Positions 1 through 16,479 of a stretch of DNA of 64,000 bases are shown here, in pieces (position 1 is the first letter of the stretch; every line of letters begins with the position of its first letter). Below the pieces are notes generated by a model. It did no database searches. It saw only the letters and a list, made by a program, of their open reading frames with translations, and had not been told where the DNA came from. Origin of the DNA: Octopus vulgaris (Eukaryota); assembly GCA_951406725.2 (NCBI GenBank), contig OX597815.1, forward strand, positions 89,838,001 to 89,902,000, written 5' to 3'. Made by a program: the position numbers and the translations under genes.

Positions 1-330
1 ATTCCTTCACTGTTGCCACTTTCTACGCTGATTGGAATGTGGTTGCACAGCCACTTCTTGCATTGTTCACAGAGCCGCTGGTCGTCAGCTTTGCATGACA
101 GCTTTTTTATTGCTTCCGGGCGTAGTGTTGCATACTTACCTTTCCATGCACGTCACCGTCTCTGAACCAAAACAATGGAATTCTACACTTCATAACATAC
201 TACTATCATAGCTGGCTCCTGAACACTCAAGCGACCGCCCATCTGGAAAATAACAAATAAGACAATAAGACAATAAGAAAAAAGGAAGTCCCCATTAAAG
301 TTATCTGAGTAAAAAAATGTTTTCGTGAAG
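1..330 (-). mobile_element. Tc1/mariner-superfamily transposon 5' remnant (DUF4817-like HTH N-terminus), runs off window edge
   Basis: Minus strand from ATG at 242 reads MGGRLSVQEPAMIVVCYEV*NSIVLVQRR*RAW..., then after a frameshift AKLTTSGSVNNARSG, resembling the 'IVxxYxxxxSIVxVQRxFR...TGSV...RSGRP' transposase N-terminus. Confidence 0.55.
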
Positions 331-421
331 ATACACTCGCACGAACGTACACACACACACACACACACGCACGCACGCACGCAGTATACGCATATATTCT
401 TTTCTGCATATATATATATCT

Positions 422-662
422 TCTTTTATTCTTTTATTCTTTTATTATTTTACTTCTTTCAGTCATTTGACTGCAGCTATGGTGGAGCACCGTTTTTAGT
501 CGAACAAATTGACTCCAGGACTTATTTAAATTGGTCTCCTTTGTGTAACTGCTACGATACGGAGACGTAAACACACCAACACCAGTTGTCAAGCAGTGAT
601 GGGGGACAAACTCAGACACAAAAGCACATGCACATAGTTATATACACACATACACACATACA

Positions 663-696
<34 letters not shown>

Positions 697-736
697 AATA
701 CACACACACACACACATACATATATACATATATATA

Positions 737-823
<87 letters not shown>

Positions 824-986
824 TATATACGACGAGCGTCTTCCAGTTTCCGTCTACTAAATCCACTCACCAAGATTTGATCGGTCCGAGGCTATAGTAG
901 AAGATACTCGCACAAGGTTCCACGCAGTGGGACTGAACCGGAAACCATTTGGTTGGGAAGCAAACTTCTTATAACACAGCCACGCC
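422..986 (-). mobile_element. tRNA-derived SINE family A with internal microsatellite
   Basis: Minus head GGCGTGGCTGTGTT (A-box-like) ... GGTTCAGTCCC (B-box-like); central (CA/TACA/TA)n tract; tail with CAGTC-AAAT-GACTG hairpin and (AAAAG)-like repeats. Homologous to 22109-22516 and 48360-49631. Confidence 0.85.
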
Positions 987-1032
987 AATAGATAGATTGA
1001 TAGATAGATAGATAGATACATAAATAGATAGA

Positions 1033-1064
<32 letters not shown>

Positions 1065-1249
1065 TAGATAGACGGTACTTATATAATTATGTATTTTGAT
1101 CGTATGTCTATGTGAAAGTGTATTTATGTGCGAGTATGTGTGCGTGTCTGTGTGAAAATTTATGTTTATTTGAATAACATCTGTAACCTTTTATATATAT
1201 AACAATCAATGACTTCTATATTGATTACTCGCACCATTCATTCCTCTTG

Positions 1250-2267
1250 AGATAATGTACTACAGACTTTCAGGCTTCACTTTGAATTGTTTTCATTCAA
1301 ACCTTTAAAAGGTTAATTGGGTCGAGAATATTTTATTTCATCCCCAATGTACATATATTAAATGAACGCCTTTCTGCCTGAAATGCATAATTTATTTAAC
1401 AATTTGAGATTGAACTTGCGCAGTACTTGATTACTAATTAGTATTTTCGATTTATAATTCCCACAAAACCTTATTCATACGAACGATTGGCACCATCAAT
1501 TGTCTTACCTACAAGTTTATTTGAATGATATGTACGAACTCAGAGTTACGTCGTAGTTGATTATCTAGTAGTGGAAATATAAAAATTACGTAAGTGGTAG
1601 ACTCAGAAATTTTAAACTTACTCGACAAGAAACAAGAGTACTCAAAACTAAGCCTTTTCATTATAAATTAGTATTATTAAAAAGCATCTAATTGAACAAA
1701 AGGTACTATAAAGCGTTCATAGTGAAATAGATGATCCAAAATCAATGAGACGAGTAATTGTTCTAAGTTTACATTATTGAATGAAATTACGATATCTTGA
1801 AACTCAAAGGCTTTTGTGTATATGAAAAACATTGCAATTGAAGTAACATATTTTCAGTTAAATATCAAATTTGGTGAACTCTGGTTGCTGTTAAAGCCGG
1901 AGTTATCATAACGGAAAGTCAAAGATCATATCGTTGCTATTATGCAAAATATCGTGAGTCCAAAACGTCGCTTTTTCAGAAAACGGGAAAATAGTTTCAC
2001 CATTTCAATTATTTTTACATTAGCAACAGTTTCAGATTGATAATACTTTGTTGGGTGCATAATATCATAACTTCATGCATATATGATGTAGGGCTTGCTA
2101 CATTTTTGAAAAATGCTAAACGGTTGTACTGCACTTAGATAATTATCATCTGAAGCAGCAGGAGATATGATAGCGTGACTAAAAGAAACTGCTATTGCAA
2201 GCAAAATTAAATATTGCAAAAGAAAAGAAAGCATTTGGCCAAATTTGGAAATACGACAGTTTAACAT
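1250..2267 (-). pseudogene. Decayed LRR (Toll-like receptor-like) gene, N-terminal part
   Basis: ORF 2073-2267 has a signal-peptide-like MLSFLLQYLILLAIAVSFSHA followed by a Cys segment. Downstream frames give FNNVNLEQLL, LRKFNLKLLNKLCISGRKAF and PFKGL, which are LRR-like with many stops. Confidence 0.38.
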
Positions 2268-2399
2268 AATAGCAACAATATGTAAACATTAGCAGAAAGA
2301 TGAGGGTGATAATACAAAGAGAGGCATAAAATGTGGGAGTTTACTCTTAATGAAATGATTAAGAAAATGAAAGCAAGAAAGTATACGCGGTATGACAGA

Positions 2400-2674
2400 G
2401 ATGTGGCCCTCCTGAATCAGGAAGGCCTCTTGGGATAATCGAAGAACCCCACTGTCTGAAGTTTCTCTGAAATCCCAGGAGCAAATGTCCCCTCCAATTC
2501 CTTTACTCCAACTACAGATTTACACTTTGAGAGGAGCCATCCACTCTTCTCATTTTCGCAATTTTCAGCCATCTTTCAATACACTCATTCGAGGACAGCA
2601 TTGTCCCCTCCGCTCTCAATTTCCTTTTCAAGTGAAACTTGAAGAACTCAATGACAGCTCTACCAAAGTGGCGT

Positions 2675-2676
<2 letters not shown>
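2400..2676 (-). mobile_element. L1/Tx1-like LINE 3' fragment
   Basis: Minus FFKFHLKRKLRAEGTMLSSNECIERWLKIAKMRRVDGSSQSVNL* resembles the Tx1-clade ORF2 C-terminus; it is cut off at the (TAA)n tract. Confidence 0.5.

Positions 2677-2740
<64 letters not shown>
2677..2740 (+). repeat. (TAA)n microsatellite, 5' flank of Dong element
   Basis: Pure TAA run directly preceding the truncated RT. Confidence 0.95.
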
Positions 2741-5055
<2,315 letters not shown>

Positions 5056-5057
<2 letters not shown>

Positions 5058-8000
5058 AAGAAACGGATGGAGCCTCCCATGGACTGATTAATGATACATT
5101 TTAGTGAAGATGTCACAATAAAAACCCTGGTAAATGCACAACATGATAATCGATACCTCATATGAATGGCAATGAAAAAACAAAATATTGTGATTAACAG
5201 TGGAAATGAAACTGAAGACAATGACGTTGACAGTGTTGCACCCGGTAGGCTCAGAGATTCTGGCTCGGCTCCAGCCTATCGATATCCGGCAAAGGACCAC
5301 CATACACTGCGTAGATCGAGCAAGCAAATTAATGCCGAAGTCATGGAGCTTTAATAACGGAGAAGCCGTGTAGATGAAAATAGTACTCAAATTAGGGGTT
5401 ACCGACAACCTATATATGGTTGTAAAGAAAAGGGATTTTTCAATTTACGGAACAGAGGCTATGTGATCAAGCTAGAGCAATCAGAAAAAATCGCTGGTTC
5501 ACAGAAGTAGAGCTCGAAGCTATCAAAAGACGACAGGTCACGGAAAATAGCAGCAGAGATAACGATGAAAATTCAGGCCTTATTAATCAGAGTAATCTCA
5601 AAGCACAAGAAAGGAACAGTAGTAGTTGACGTGATGAGAGACAGATAGATGATCTAAAAGAATACAATAAAACTAAAGGCAGCATGACAAATGAACAAAT
5701 GGCAATCTACGCCAGAAAAAAGGGCAAGACTACAGGAGAATGATAGCGACATTATTTATTTGCAACCTTAAAAAGGTTGATCGAAAAATGTCAATGGAAT
5801 TCTGAAATACATCAGAACAATCAACATCACAGAAACAAATAATTTGATCAAGGAAGCAAGTATTGTTGTATCAGAAAACGTAAGTGTTGATGTCAAGGAA
5901 AAGAAACATAATGGGAGTGACAAGAGTAAAATAAATATACATGGCGCAATAAAAGAATAGCGGCAGCGTTAGACATGCTCTCGAAGGAAATCTCTGTATA
6001 AGATAGAAAAGACAAAGGGAAGCTTAAAAGCGAACAAAAATACAGGACTCCGAAAAGGAAGTATAATATAAAAAGAAAGGGCCTGAAAGTTGTAATGGAG
6101 GAAGTGAAACAGCAACTCGTTGCAAAGAAGGTAAGGATGATAAGATACGACCAAAGAATGAGGGGTTACCACGAGAATAGTTTATTCAGAGTAGATCAGA
6201 AGAGATTCTATAAATAAATAAATGGAGAGTGTACAGATGAAAAATTGATACCAGATAACCCTGAAAGTCAAAGGTTTTGAGTGAAATCTGGAGCAGAGAT
6301 AATGAGCCCAATAAGGATAATGAATGGCTGCAAGAACTGGCACAAACAGTAGTCTGTCCAAAATAGGCAGAAGTAGTAATTTCAGTTAGGGAAGTAAAGA
6401 AAATCAGCAAAAAAAAAAAAAAAATTGGGCAACTGCGAGGCCTCGGGACCAGATGGATTTCAAGGCTACTGGATCAAAAGGTTTGGTGAATGTCATGCAC
6501 GAATAGCTGCGCAACTCAATGCCTTGTTAAATGCAGACCAAGTAACACCAGAGTGGTGTTACTTAATCACCAGTGCTGTACTTAAAAAACATGGAAAAGG
6601 CAATAGGTCGATATCCTGTTTGCCACTTATGTGGAAGTTATTAACTGGAATACCCGCAGAGTCAATATAGAATCATCTGGAAAAAATTTAGTCCTGCCAC
6701 ATGAGCAGAAGGGTTGCAAGCGTAAGTGCAGAGGTACCAAGGAGCAACTCTTGGTAGACAAAACTGCACTTTGAGACTGCAAGAAGAGGAAAAGTAACTT
6801 ACCCATGTTATGGATTGACTATCGAAAGATGTACGATATGATCCCACATTCTTGGATTATAGACTGCATGAACCTATCTGGTATTGCATCCAATGTTGAG
6901 CGATTGCTTGGAAAAAGTATGGCGAATTGGATGACGGACCTGACAGCATACGGAAGACGTTTAGGGACAGTAGAAATTAGGAGGGGCATCTTCCAAGGGA
7001 ACTGCCTATTCCCACTGATCTCTGTACTGTGCTTGATACCACTGACACTGATTATGAGGAAAGCAAAAGCCGGGTAAGTATTTAAAAACCGCCAACAAAA
7101 AGTTATTTGTTATTCATGGATGACAAACCTCATGGTAAAGTGAAGCACAAGTCAGTTCCGTCCTTGATACGGTGTATACCTTCAGTGCTGATATCAGAAT
7201 GGAGTTTGGACTGGTAAAATGTTGTGTGTTAGTCTTGAAGAGAGGCAAAATCAAATGTATGGAAGGGCTAACGATACCGTCGGGGGCGGTTATGAAGCAG
7301 AGACGGCCTTTAAGTACTTGAGGATTTTGGAAATTGATAAATTGATGGAAAAAGAAGTGTCGGAAAAATTTAAGTTGGAGTACATGCGCACACTGAGACT
7401 GATCCTCAAATCGAAATTAAACTGACGGAATAAGTTTGAACCCATCAACACGTGGACGATTTCACGCCTTAGATATGGAGCAGGGGATTTCGCATGGACG
7501 GTAGACGAACTAAACAGTTTACACGGAAAGACAAAGAAAATGCTGACTAGATAAGGGACAGTAGAAATTAGGAGGGGGCATAATCCAAGGGGACTGCCTG
7601 CTCCCACTGATTTTGTACTGTGCTCCATACCACTAACACTGATTCTGAGTAAAGGAAACGATGGGTATGTATTCAAAAACCACCAAGCAAAAAGTCAACC
7701 ATTTGTTATTCATGGATGACCTCAAACTTTATGGTACAGATGAATCCCAAGTCAGCTCCCTCGTTGATGCGGTGTATACCTTCAGTGCTGATATCAGAAT
7801 GGAGTTTGGACTGAGAAAGTGTGTTAGTCTTGAAAAGAGGCAAAAATAAAATTTATAGACGGGCTAACGATACTGTCGAGGGAGGTTATAAAGCAGATAG
7901 AAGAGACGGCGGGCTATAAGTACTTGGGGATACTGGGAATGGATAAATTGATTGAGAAAGAAATGACAAAAAAATTTAAGGTGGAGTCTGAGACTGATCC

Positions 8001-9219
8001 TTGAATCGAAATTAAATGGACGGAATAAGATCGAAGCAATCAACATCTGGACGGTTTCACTCCTTGGATATGGAGCAGGGGTATGCGCATGGACAGTAGC
8101 TTAGACAGAAAGACAAGGAAGATCTAACTAGATATGGGTCACTCCACCCAGAAAGTGACACAGACAAATTTACGTACCCAGAAAAATAGGGGGAAGTTGA
8201 CTTATTGGATGCGAACACAGTATTAGAGCAGTAGAAAACAACATAGCATGGTATGTAAAAATGCCACAGAACCGCTATTATTAGAATTATGAAGGTCAGG
8301 CTTGTGTAGGGTGAAAGATTGCAAAGATAAAGCACTATACAATAAATTGAAAATGAATGAAACTGAAAATAGGCGGGTAAAGAAAAGAATGCATGGTCAA
8401 TTTCATAGGGATGTTGAAGTCAAGTCAGACAGAGAAAAACGATGACTGTGGATGACTAAAATTCATTTAAAACCGGAAACGGAGGCTCTATTCTGTGCTG
8501 CCCAAGAGCAAGCACTAAGAACAAACTACATAAAATATACAATACGCAACACAACAGAAAGTGATAAATGCAGAATCTGTGGACAAAACGGTGAAACCGT
8601 ATGGCATATTACCAGCCAATGTACGCCACTAACACAGAAGGAATATAAGAGACGCCATGACAATATAGCCAGGCTTGTCCATTAGGTATTCTGCAACAAG
8701 TATGGACTTGACAGAACAAAAAATTGCTACGACCATAAACCTGAAGGCATCGTCAGAAACAGAAATGCAAAGATCCTATGGGATTTTATCATTCAGTGCG
8801 CCCATACAATACAGAATAGGAAACCAGACATAGTCTAAATTGAGAAAGAAAATAAATTATTCTGAATCATAGATATAGCATGCCCAGCTGACAACAATGT
8901 ATGTGATGAGGAAGAAAGAAATGTTGAGAGATACGACAGGTTAGCTTGGGAAGTTAAGCAGTTGTGGTCGATGAAAAAGGGAGCAGTAGAACCAATAATT
9001 GTCGGAGCCCTGGGAACAGTGAGCAAAAATCTCGAGAAATACGTGGAACAAATAGGGGCTGCAATAAGGTTGGAACACTTGCAGAAAACAGCACTGCTTC
9101 GAACTGTTCGAATACTCCGGAAGGTGCTCGAAGAATAAGAGGTGTTACCTTAGTTTACTGGTAGTGAAGAGCTGACACTATAGTACATCTCCAGCGTTAG
9201 AAGCTGTGCAAAGGCAATA
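5056..9219 (+). mobile_element. R4/Dong-clade retrotransposon, near full-length but degenerate, with internal ~590 bp duplication
   Basis: GPDGFQGYWIKRF, ISCLPLMWKLLT, WIDYRKMYDMIPHSW, GIFQG, HLLFMDDLKLYG, AAQEQALRT, CRICGQNGETVWHITSQC and PIIVGALG in order; 3' UTR ends in (TAA)n. Confidence 0.88.
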
Positions 9220-9220
9220 G

Positions 9221-9251
<31 letters not shown>

Positions 9252-9258
9252 AATAATC

Positions 9259-9331
<73 letters not shown>

Positions 9332-9380
9332 TGATGATGATAATGACGACGACGACGACGACGATGATGATGATGATGAT

Positions 9381-9448
<68 letters not shown>

Positions 9449-9535
9449 TGATGATGGTGACGACGACGACGACGATGATGATGATGATGATGATGATGAT
9501 ATTAATAATAAACGATTATGATGATGATGATGATG
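9220..9535 (+). repeat. Compound (TAA)n/(TGA)n/(CGA)n microsatellite
   Basis: TAA run grading into GAT/GAC runs, with the block repeated twice. Confidence 0.95.
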
Positions 9536-9539
9536 AGCA

Positions 9540-10910
9540 GGAGGAGAAGGAGGATTTTCAGATGGAGGTTGACTCTCAAAATGTGCTAAGATGGTGATGA
9601 GACGAGGAAACCTGCCAGGACAGAAGGTATGTGCTCGCCAAGTAGTGAAATGTGAAGGTAATTCAACCTCAATCCAGTTGTAAATACCTGTGAATACTTG
9701 AGGTAGATGGAATCAAACACCACGACATGAAGGAAAAGACATAAAGAGAGTACCTGCGGAGAGTGACAAAAATATTGTCTTCAAAGCTGAATGCCAGAAA
9801 CATAATTTCAGCTATAAACTCGCACACAGTCGCAGTAGTTCGGTATGGCGCTGGAATCCTGAAGTGAACAAAAGAGGAGTTAAAGGAGGTGGAAACGATG
9901 CACGGAGCCCATCATCCAGGCGCAGGTACGGATCACCTATACATGAAGAGAGGAAATGGAAGAAAAGGATTAATACGTGTGGATGACTGCGTGCCTATCG
10001 AACTCGAGGGTTTAATGAGATAGCTAGACTAAAGTAAGGAAACATTGCTAGTGACAGTTAGAAACGAGGGAGTATAGAGAGCAGAGAAAAGAAAAGAAAA
10101 GTACAAAGATGAAGTACGCAGGAAGGGACAGCACAATCAATTCTATGTATCCACAACAGAAGTTACTGGAAAAAATAGGTGGGATTGACTTACGAATGTA
10201 ACCTTAAAAAAAGAAACCGGGCGCACTATACTGGCAGCGCATGACCAAGCTCTTGCCACGAGCTGGAGTGTCAACCTGAGGAATGAGCAAATGTTTCCGC
10301 TGGATCGCATCTGTTATAGGGTGGATGAAACCATTACCCCATATGACGAACGAATGTCCTAGACTTGACCAAACCCACTATGAGTTGTGGTGCGAAAAGT
10401 AGGGGCTAGGGAGAGATACAAGACGTGATACGAGCGCAAACCACAGAGAGTGGCGGAGTCAGAGACTAGCAAATTCCTTTGACATTTTCCAATCCCAACA
10501 GATCAGGTACTAGAGCATAAGACGCCGGACCTAGTGGTGGTGGATAAGATGTACCACATATACTATATAGTTAATGTCACACGCCCTTTTGACACACGAA
10601 TAGTCAAGAAGGAAGGCAAAGAAAATGGTTAATTATAACCATCTTAAGTACGTGATTGCCCGGTTATGGAAATGAAGGAGGTAAAGATAGTGCCAATTAC
10701 TGTTGGATCCCTGTGAACGGTATCAGACGGCATCAAGGGGACTATAAAGGAAATTGGAATAGAGTGCGCATAAGAATTGTGACAAAAGTTTTGCCTCCTT
10801 GGCACGGCCAGAATAATAAGGGAAGTATCGGGTAGCTGAAAAGATCGAAAAGCATGATACTGTAGGCATGCAAAACTCGAAAAGCTCCACCAAAACCTGT
10901 GATAAAGAGA
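9540..10910 (+). mobile_element. R4/Dong-clade retrotransposon, 5'-truncated, degenerate (third subfamily)
   Basis: KILSSKLNARNIISAINS..VVRYGAGI, LAAHDQAL, PDLVVVD and VPITVGSL in shifted frames; ends before TAATAA at 10912. Confidence 0.8.
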
Positions 10911-10970
10911 AATAATAATAATAACAACAGCAACAACAAAACCACAACACGAATAATAACAAACAAACAC

Positions 10971-11610
<640 letters not shown>

Positions 11611-12831
11611 TATATGCGTGTGTATATATGTATTTGAAGCATGCAGGTATCAATGTACTTATGTATATCCGCTCATTACCTTGTGGGCAAATTACCTATC
11701 AACTTTGATATAGAAATGTTAAAGTATCAGTAATCTTCTAAATTACTAGAAAAAATGTATAGAATAGTTTTCCTATATATTCGTACATGTAATTTTCACA
11801 CAAAAGAACTACTTACAAAATTGTATATTTATTTGGATTTTCTTCGTTTTAGCGTAATGCATTTGATATTTAAATTCTATCTATATTTCAGTTTGTAGTC
11901 TTTTCCTCAACGTTGTATTTTTTTCTGCTGCGATTAAGCAAAAGTAAAACACTCTGCTTGAAATCAATTGTAAATTTGTAAATTGAATCTATAGAAAACA
12001 CATTACGTACAAATTAAACCTAATTGCAAATATATATGAAGGTAATGGAATCATTTATATGGGAAACAAAATAAAATATATTAACAAGAATTTCTAGCGT
12101 AACGAATATTCATTAGTTACGATTTCAGATATAATCCGTTCCATCACTACATTAGTTTTCCACGATTTTATTTTTTACCACGTATTTATTTATTTATTGT
12201 GTGTGACTAAAATATAGGATATGGAGTCCAACATTTTGAGAATAAATTTGTTCAAAAGCATTAGTATATAGATTATCTTGAAAAAAAACCTGAAAGCGAT
12301 CTACTCTTTCTGAGATATATGGACGTTGACATGCACTTTCATATGCACATGCACGTATTAATTATATACGCGAATACTCATAAACGTATACTTACACACA
12401 CCCAAGCACACATATATAAATATATATACGAGCGCGTGAGCATGCATATATAAGCTCAATTACGTTGTACCTACATCTATCCAACTCACAACCGTTATAA
12501 TCGTTTCATAGTGTCACTCCACTATCGTGTTATGCACTCTAATTTAATTCAGAAAAATTATTTTTCGATACACATACTATACATATCGAAAAAAATCGCC
12601 TGAGCATCATCTTATCACTCATAGGTAGCTGAAACAATATATCACCACCCTTCCATCACCGTTTACTTTCTGTTTGGAAGATCATGATGGGAGATGTGTA
12701 TTGAAATAATTCGTGTACTTTTAGAGCGCCATTTGTTATTATAAACACGTACAGGTTCTAATATCTTGTATTATTATAAAAAGGAATAATTTCACCATCA
12801 TTTGCTGTACATACTGATGCTACACTCTCCA

Positions 12832-12925
12832 TATCTCTTTCTTTACTACCCACAAGGGGCTCAACACAGAGAGGACAAACAATGACAAACAAACAGATTA
12901 AGTCGATTATATCGACCCCAGTTAT
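12832..12925 (-). mobile_element. SINE family B 3' tail fragment
   Basis: ACCCACAAGGGGCT..GGACAAAC..GATTAAGTCGATTATATCGACCCCAGT matches 51060-51140. Confidence 0.75.
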
Positions 12926-12949
12926 GTATTTGTTATGTATTTGAATATT

Positions 12950-13280
12950 TTTTTATACTATACCTAATGTGCCTACTATGATAGGAATTGTTTCTGTTTT
13001 CTTGACGGACATTCGAGTTACCTCTATTTTCAGATATCTGTATTTTGAAAGTTACTCCGTTTCTTTTAGAGAAACATTGTCAGCTGTTGATATTGATACA
13101 TCGATTAGAAAGCGTTTTATTTTTCTTGGTAATCTCTGACAACTACATCTAGCCTATTGCCATAAATTCCTTTGTCTGTGTCTTGGCATATCCCAGAGCA
13201 TGGTTGCTTTCTTATTTCCTGTGACCTTTTCTGGCGTGTGACTATTCCATCTTTTTTATGTTGTTATTCCTTAATGTTTG

Positions 13281-13282
<2 letters not shown>
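12950..13282 (-). mobile_element. R4/Dong REL-domain fragment, 5' end abutting (TTA)n 13283-13372
   Basis: Minus HTPEKVTGNKKATMLWDMP..FLIDVSISTADNVSLKETE*LSKYRYLKIEVTRM..TIPIIVGTLG. Confidence 0.8.
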
Positions 13283-13361
<79 letters not shown>

Positions 13362-14919
13362 CATCATTATTAACAGTTTGATTCGGCCAGATGCATCTTG
13401 AACTTTCATAGGCTCCTCACAGAAACCTCGTTCGTCGGGCTCAGGTGACAGAACTTATATCATACTTAGAGCTAGTGATTCGTGTGAAGCCTATTAAACC
13501 ACGGTATACGTTTCGAAAATACGTATAGCGTTAAAGTAATAACGAATTATTTCAAATGCAGACATGTATAACAATGCCTGTCTTGTACAGTAGCAGATTT
13601 ATAACAATGAGGCTACGATACACAGATTACTCTTTTAAACTAGTAGGGATTCCGTCGTTAAAATCAAATTGAAATATCGCTGTCTAAATGCGATGTCAAT
13701 TATTTTCATTCTCAGTACAACGATACCAATTAGCAGTCGATTTTCCCTTTTTATGTAATGCCAGGGAATACTTGCCACTAACGAAGCTCAGAGAAGCAGA
13801 ACTACACTTCGGTAATGTTTTCGCCACTGCTTGATGATTTTCATCTGCTGGTATAATCCTGTACCAGAACGTATGATTTTGATATGCATATGTTATAATG
13901 TAGTGTTTAGTATTAATGGTTCCCTATTTCAAGCATCCTAAACACTCGTTATGTAAAATTATGTATTAGAGACTTTGTATATTCTCCAATATTTTGTTTC
14001 AAAAATGATACAGAACTCAATATTCATGTCTAAATCAGATCAAAAACAGATTGAGTCCATTGAAGTAAATGAGTTAACTTTATTACTTCTTTTAACTAGT
14101 TTCAGCTCAAGAAGCCCGGCCACACTAGTGCTTCAGTGTAGTTTGTAATCGAAACCGAGAATGATGAGAGAATATATAATAATTATATTTGTGTAGTAGT
14201 GTACTCCCACTTTTACCTATATGAAATAACTATTTCTTCTAATGTGTCACCTAGTCACAGTATATCAGGCATTTTTTTTCCCGGAAAGAAGTACACTATG
14301 CATAGTTCATTCAGAAAAAGTGATGTTTATGTTTTTCCCGTGAGAATAATCCTGTAAACTGAAGGACATATGATTCATATTATATATTTAAGTCGATACG
14401 CCTAATCGGTTAGCTTATACTTTAAGTTGAGTTTCAATTACTATTCATGTCCTACAAATTTAATTTTCCGCAGAGAGAAAACAAATTAGAATCAATCTAC
14501 TCAATAATATTGTTAATTCGGTGCTAAAATACTTAATGCAGTGAATCAAAATATTTTAATTAATTAAAATTTTATGCGTAGAGACAAGAAAACACAGTTA
14601 TTTTAATGATTAATTCTACTCAAGAAATGCATAGAAAATAACACCGAAATATAAATTAACCAAGAAAATTTATGGGTATGTAGTAAAGAGTGAGTCCTAA
14701 CTATTTCCAGTATAGAGACAACTACAGATATGGTTCTATATTATTAGTATACCTCATTGACATGGAATCTTTACTTGTATTTTACAGATGTAAGATGAAT
14801 TATTTTTAATGTGTTTCAGTGATAGGCAGGGCAGCAAATTAGATTTACTGCGAGAAATTCCTTAGATACCACGACTGCAAGAAAACAATGTGCATAAATT
14901 GGTTCTCATATGAACCTAA

Positions 14920-15056
14920 TTAGTACAATAGTACACAAAGCCAATAAATTCGGAGAAAGGGGAAAGTCGATGTAGTCGGCTCCAGTGCTGAACTGGTAAT
15001 TATTTTATTGACCCCGAAAGGTTAAAAACCAAAGTCGACATGGACAGTATTTCAAT
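14920..15056 (-). mobile_element. SINE family B core/tail fragment
   Basis: CTGGTAATTATTTTATTGACCCCGAAAGG..AAAGTCGAC, similar to 51140-51195. Confidence 0.65.
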
Positions 15057-15196
15057 TAGCCTTATGCCTAATTAGTATATTGCTGGTATTTTTGTTTTGT
15101 CATTGATTTAAGCAATCGAATTAAATGAAGAAAATATAATAATGAAATATGCTATTTCTCTCATTACCTACGTGATGTAGCAAATGTTAACTATTA

Positions 15197-15345
15197 TAGG
15201 CGTAGACGTGGCTCTGTGGTAAGAAATAAACTCCGTAAGTACATGGTTCCAGGTTCAGTCCCACCATGTGGCACGTTGGGCCATAGACTTCTGAGTTGAC
15301 TTGGTAGACGGATACACACACACGCACACACAAACACACAGGAAA
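15197..15345 (+). mobile_element. SINE family A head fragment
   Basis: GTGGCTCTGTGGTAAGA..CATGGTTCCAGGTTCAGTCCCAC..TTGGTAGACGG, followed by CA/TACA repeats. Confidence 0.75.
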
Positions 15346-15482
15346 GAGAGCGATAAATAGATAGCTAGAAATATACATACGTACATACATACACACATAC
15401 ATACATACATACATACATACATACATACATACATACATACATACATACATACATACATACATACATACATACATACATACAT

Positions 15483-15820
15483 GGTGGCTGCCCCCTCGTT
15501 ATCGAGTATGACCATTGCTCGAAGCTTAATCAATGTTGTTATTGTGCAATGCCTGTGCAAGAAAATTATTTTTTTAAGTAAAGAAAAGCTGTGCACGGAG
15601 TCAATCCCACTCACTAAGCAACAGCAGCCATAATCCGAAAAGAAGAACAAGTCAACATCATCGGTAACCACTGAGCCGCAGGTTTTATGTCGGAGTTATC
15701 CCAGTTACCTGAGTTACCTTCTCCTAGAAAGATGCCCTAACAAAGGCTAGGAGTCCTTCACTCCCAATGGTTTAACCGCGCGATCGGATATTCTGTCCGA
15801 TTATTTCTATGTCCCCGCGC
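15483..15820 (-). mobile_element. RTE-related non-autonomous element (RTE 5'-UTR-like piece plus RTE-like tail)
   Basis: Minus GCCTTTGTTAGGGCATCTTTCTAGGAGAAGGTAACTC resembles RTE 5' UTR motifs; the 3' end GTCATACTCGATAACGAGGGGGCAGCCACCAT resembles RTE/BovB-type tails. Confidence 0.45.
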
Positions 15821-16479
15821 ATACATATAGATAGATAGAGATTCGGCAAAATTTGAACTCAGAATTTAGCGATGCTGCCAGCTCGCCGCTTTAGAAAGCT
15901 ATTGGGTAATAACAATTTCAATGTTTTAATAATGTCGCAATTCTGTAAATCAATATAGTATAATTCAATATATAAGATCTGAGGTAAAATAGCTGTTATA
16001 TCTATACGCTGACTATTTCACAAACGGCTTGAATTCTCCATAATAAATATATGTACACAAACACACATATGTATGTGTCTTTGTGTCAGTCTTTGCAACC
16101 CCATAACCTTATAACTTAGTAGTGTGTCCAAGATACCAATTTCTGAAGTGAAATGTGAAGTCAACCTTAACGTATTAAATCCGATGTAAAATGTCGCTTA
16201 TATTTATCCACTGACTAATGAAATTGCAAACGCAACTAAAATTTTCCATAATAAATTCCTAGTGTATGAAAATATTTTGCAAGAAATTAAATATTTACTC
16301 AAATATTCATTCTGAAAAATAACAATTATATTAATATCAACTGTATTTACTCATAATATATGGGAATTATTAGAATGAAATTATATATAACTCATCTGCT
16401 ACAAATGAACACAGTCGAAGATGTGCACGCGCATGTAGATTCATGTAGATGCATAAAACACATTCAGACACATGCATCA

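Larger units (their letters stand above)
11750..14900 (-). pseudogene. Decayed LRR (TLR-like) ectodomain, interrupted by SINE/Dong insertions
   Basis: Minus 14520-14430 in one frame: RINNIIE*IDSNLFSLCGKLNL*DMNSN; ~13980-13920 ENIQSL*YIILHNECLGCLK*GT; ~13655-13605 DGIPTSLKE*SVYRSLI; ~12270-12200 NAFEQIYSQNVGLHILYFSHTQ. Confidence 0.55.

Noticed and set aside
586-897. Numerous ORFs of poly-I/N/L/Y/H/D and YI/HT/CV repeats here and across the window (e.g. 4757, 9328, 26103, 43701, 48061, 56172)
   Set aside because: They are translations of microsatellites that lack stops in some frames; no coding signal.
1600-2267. Cys-loop/chemotactile receptor reading (signal peptide, FWTHDIL, STFCSI)
   Set aside because: No CxxxxxxFPFDxxxC loop or four TM helices; an LRR reading fits the neighbourhood better, though it is itself weak here.
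13780-13860. Plus-strand LRRCT-like LHFGNVF..HC..FICW
   Set aside because: Needs a frameshift, is isolated, and the minus strand gives several better LRR motifs in the same region.
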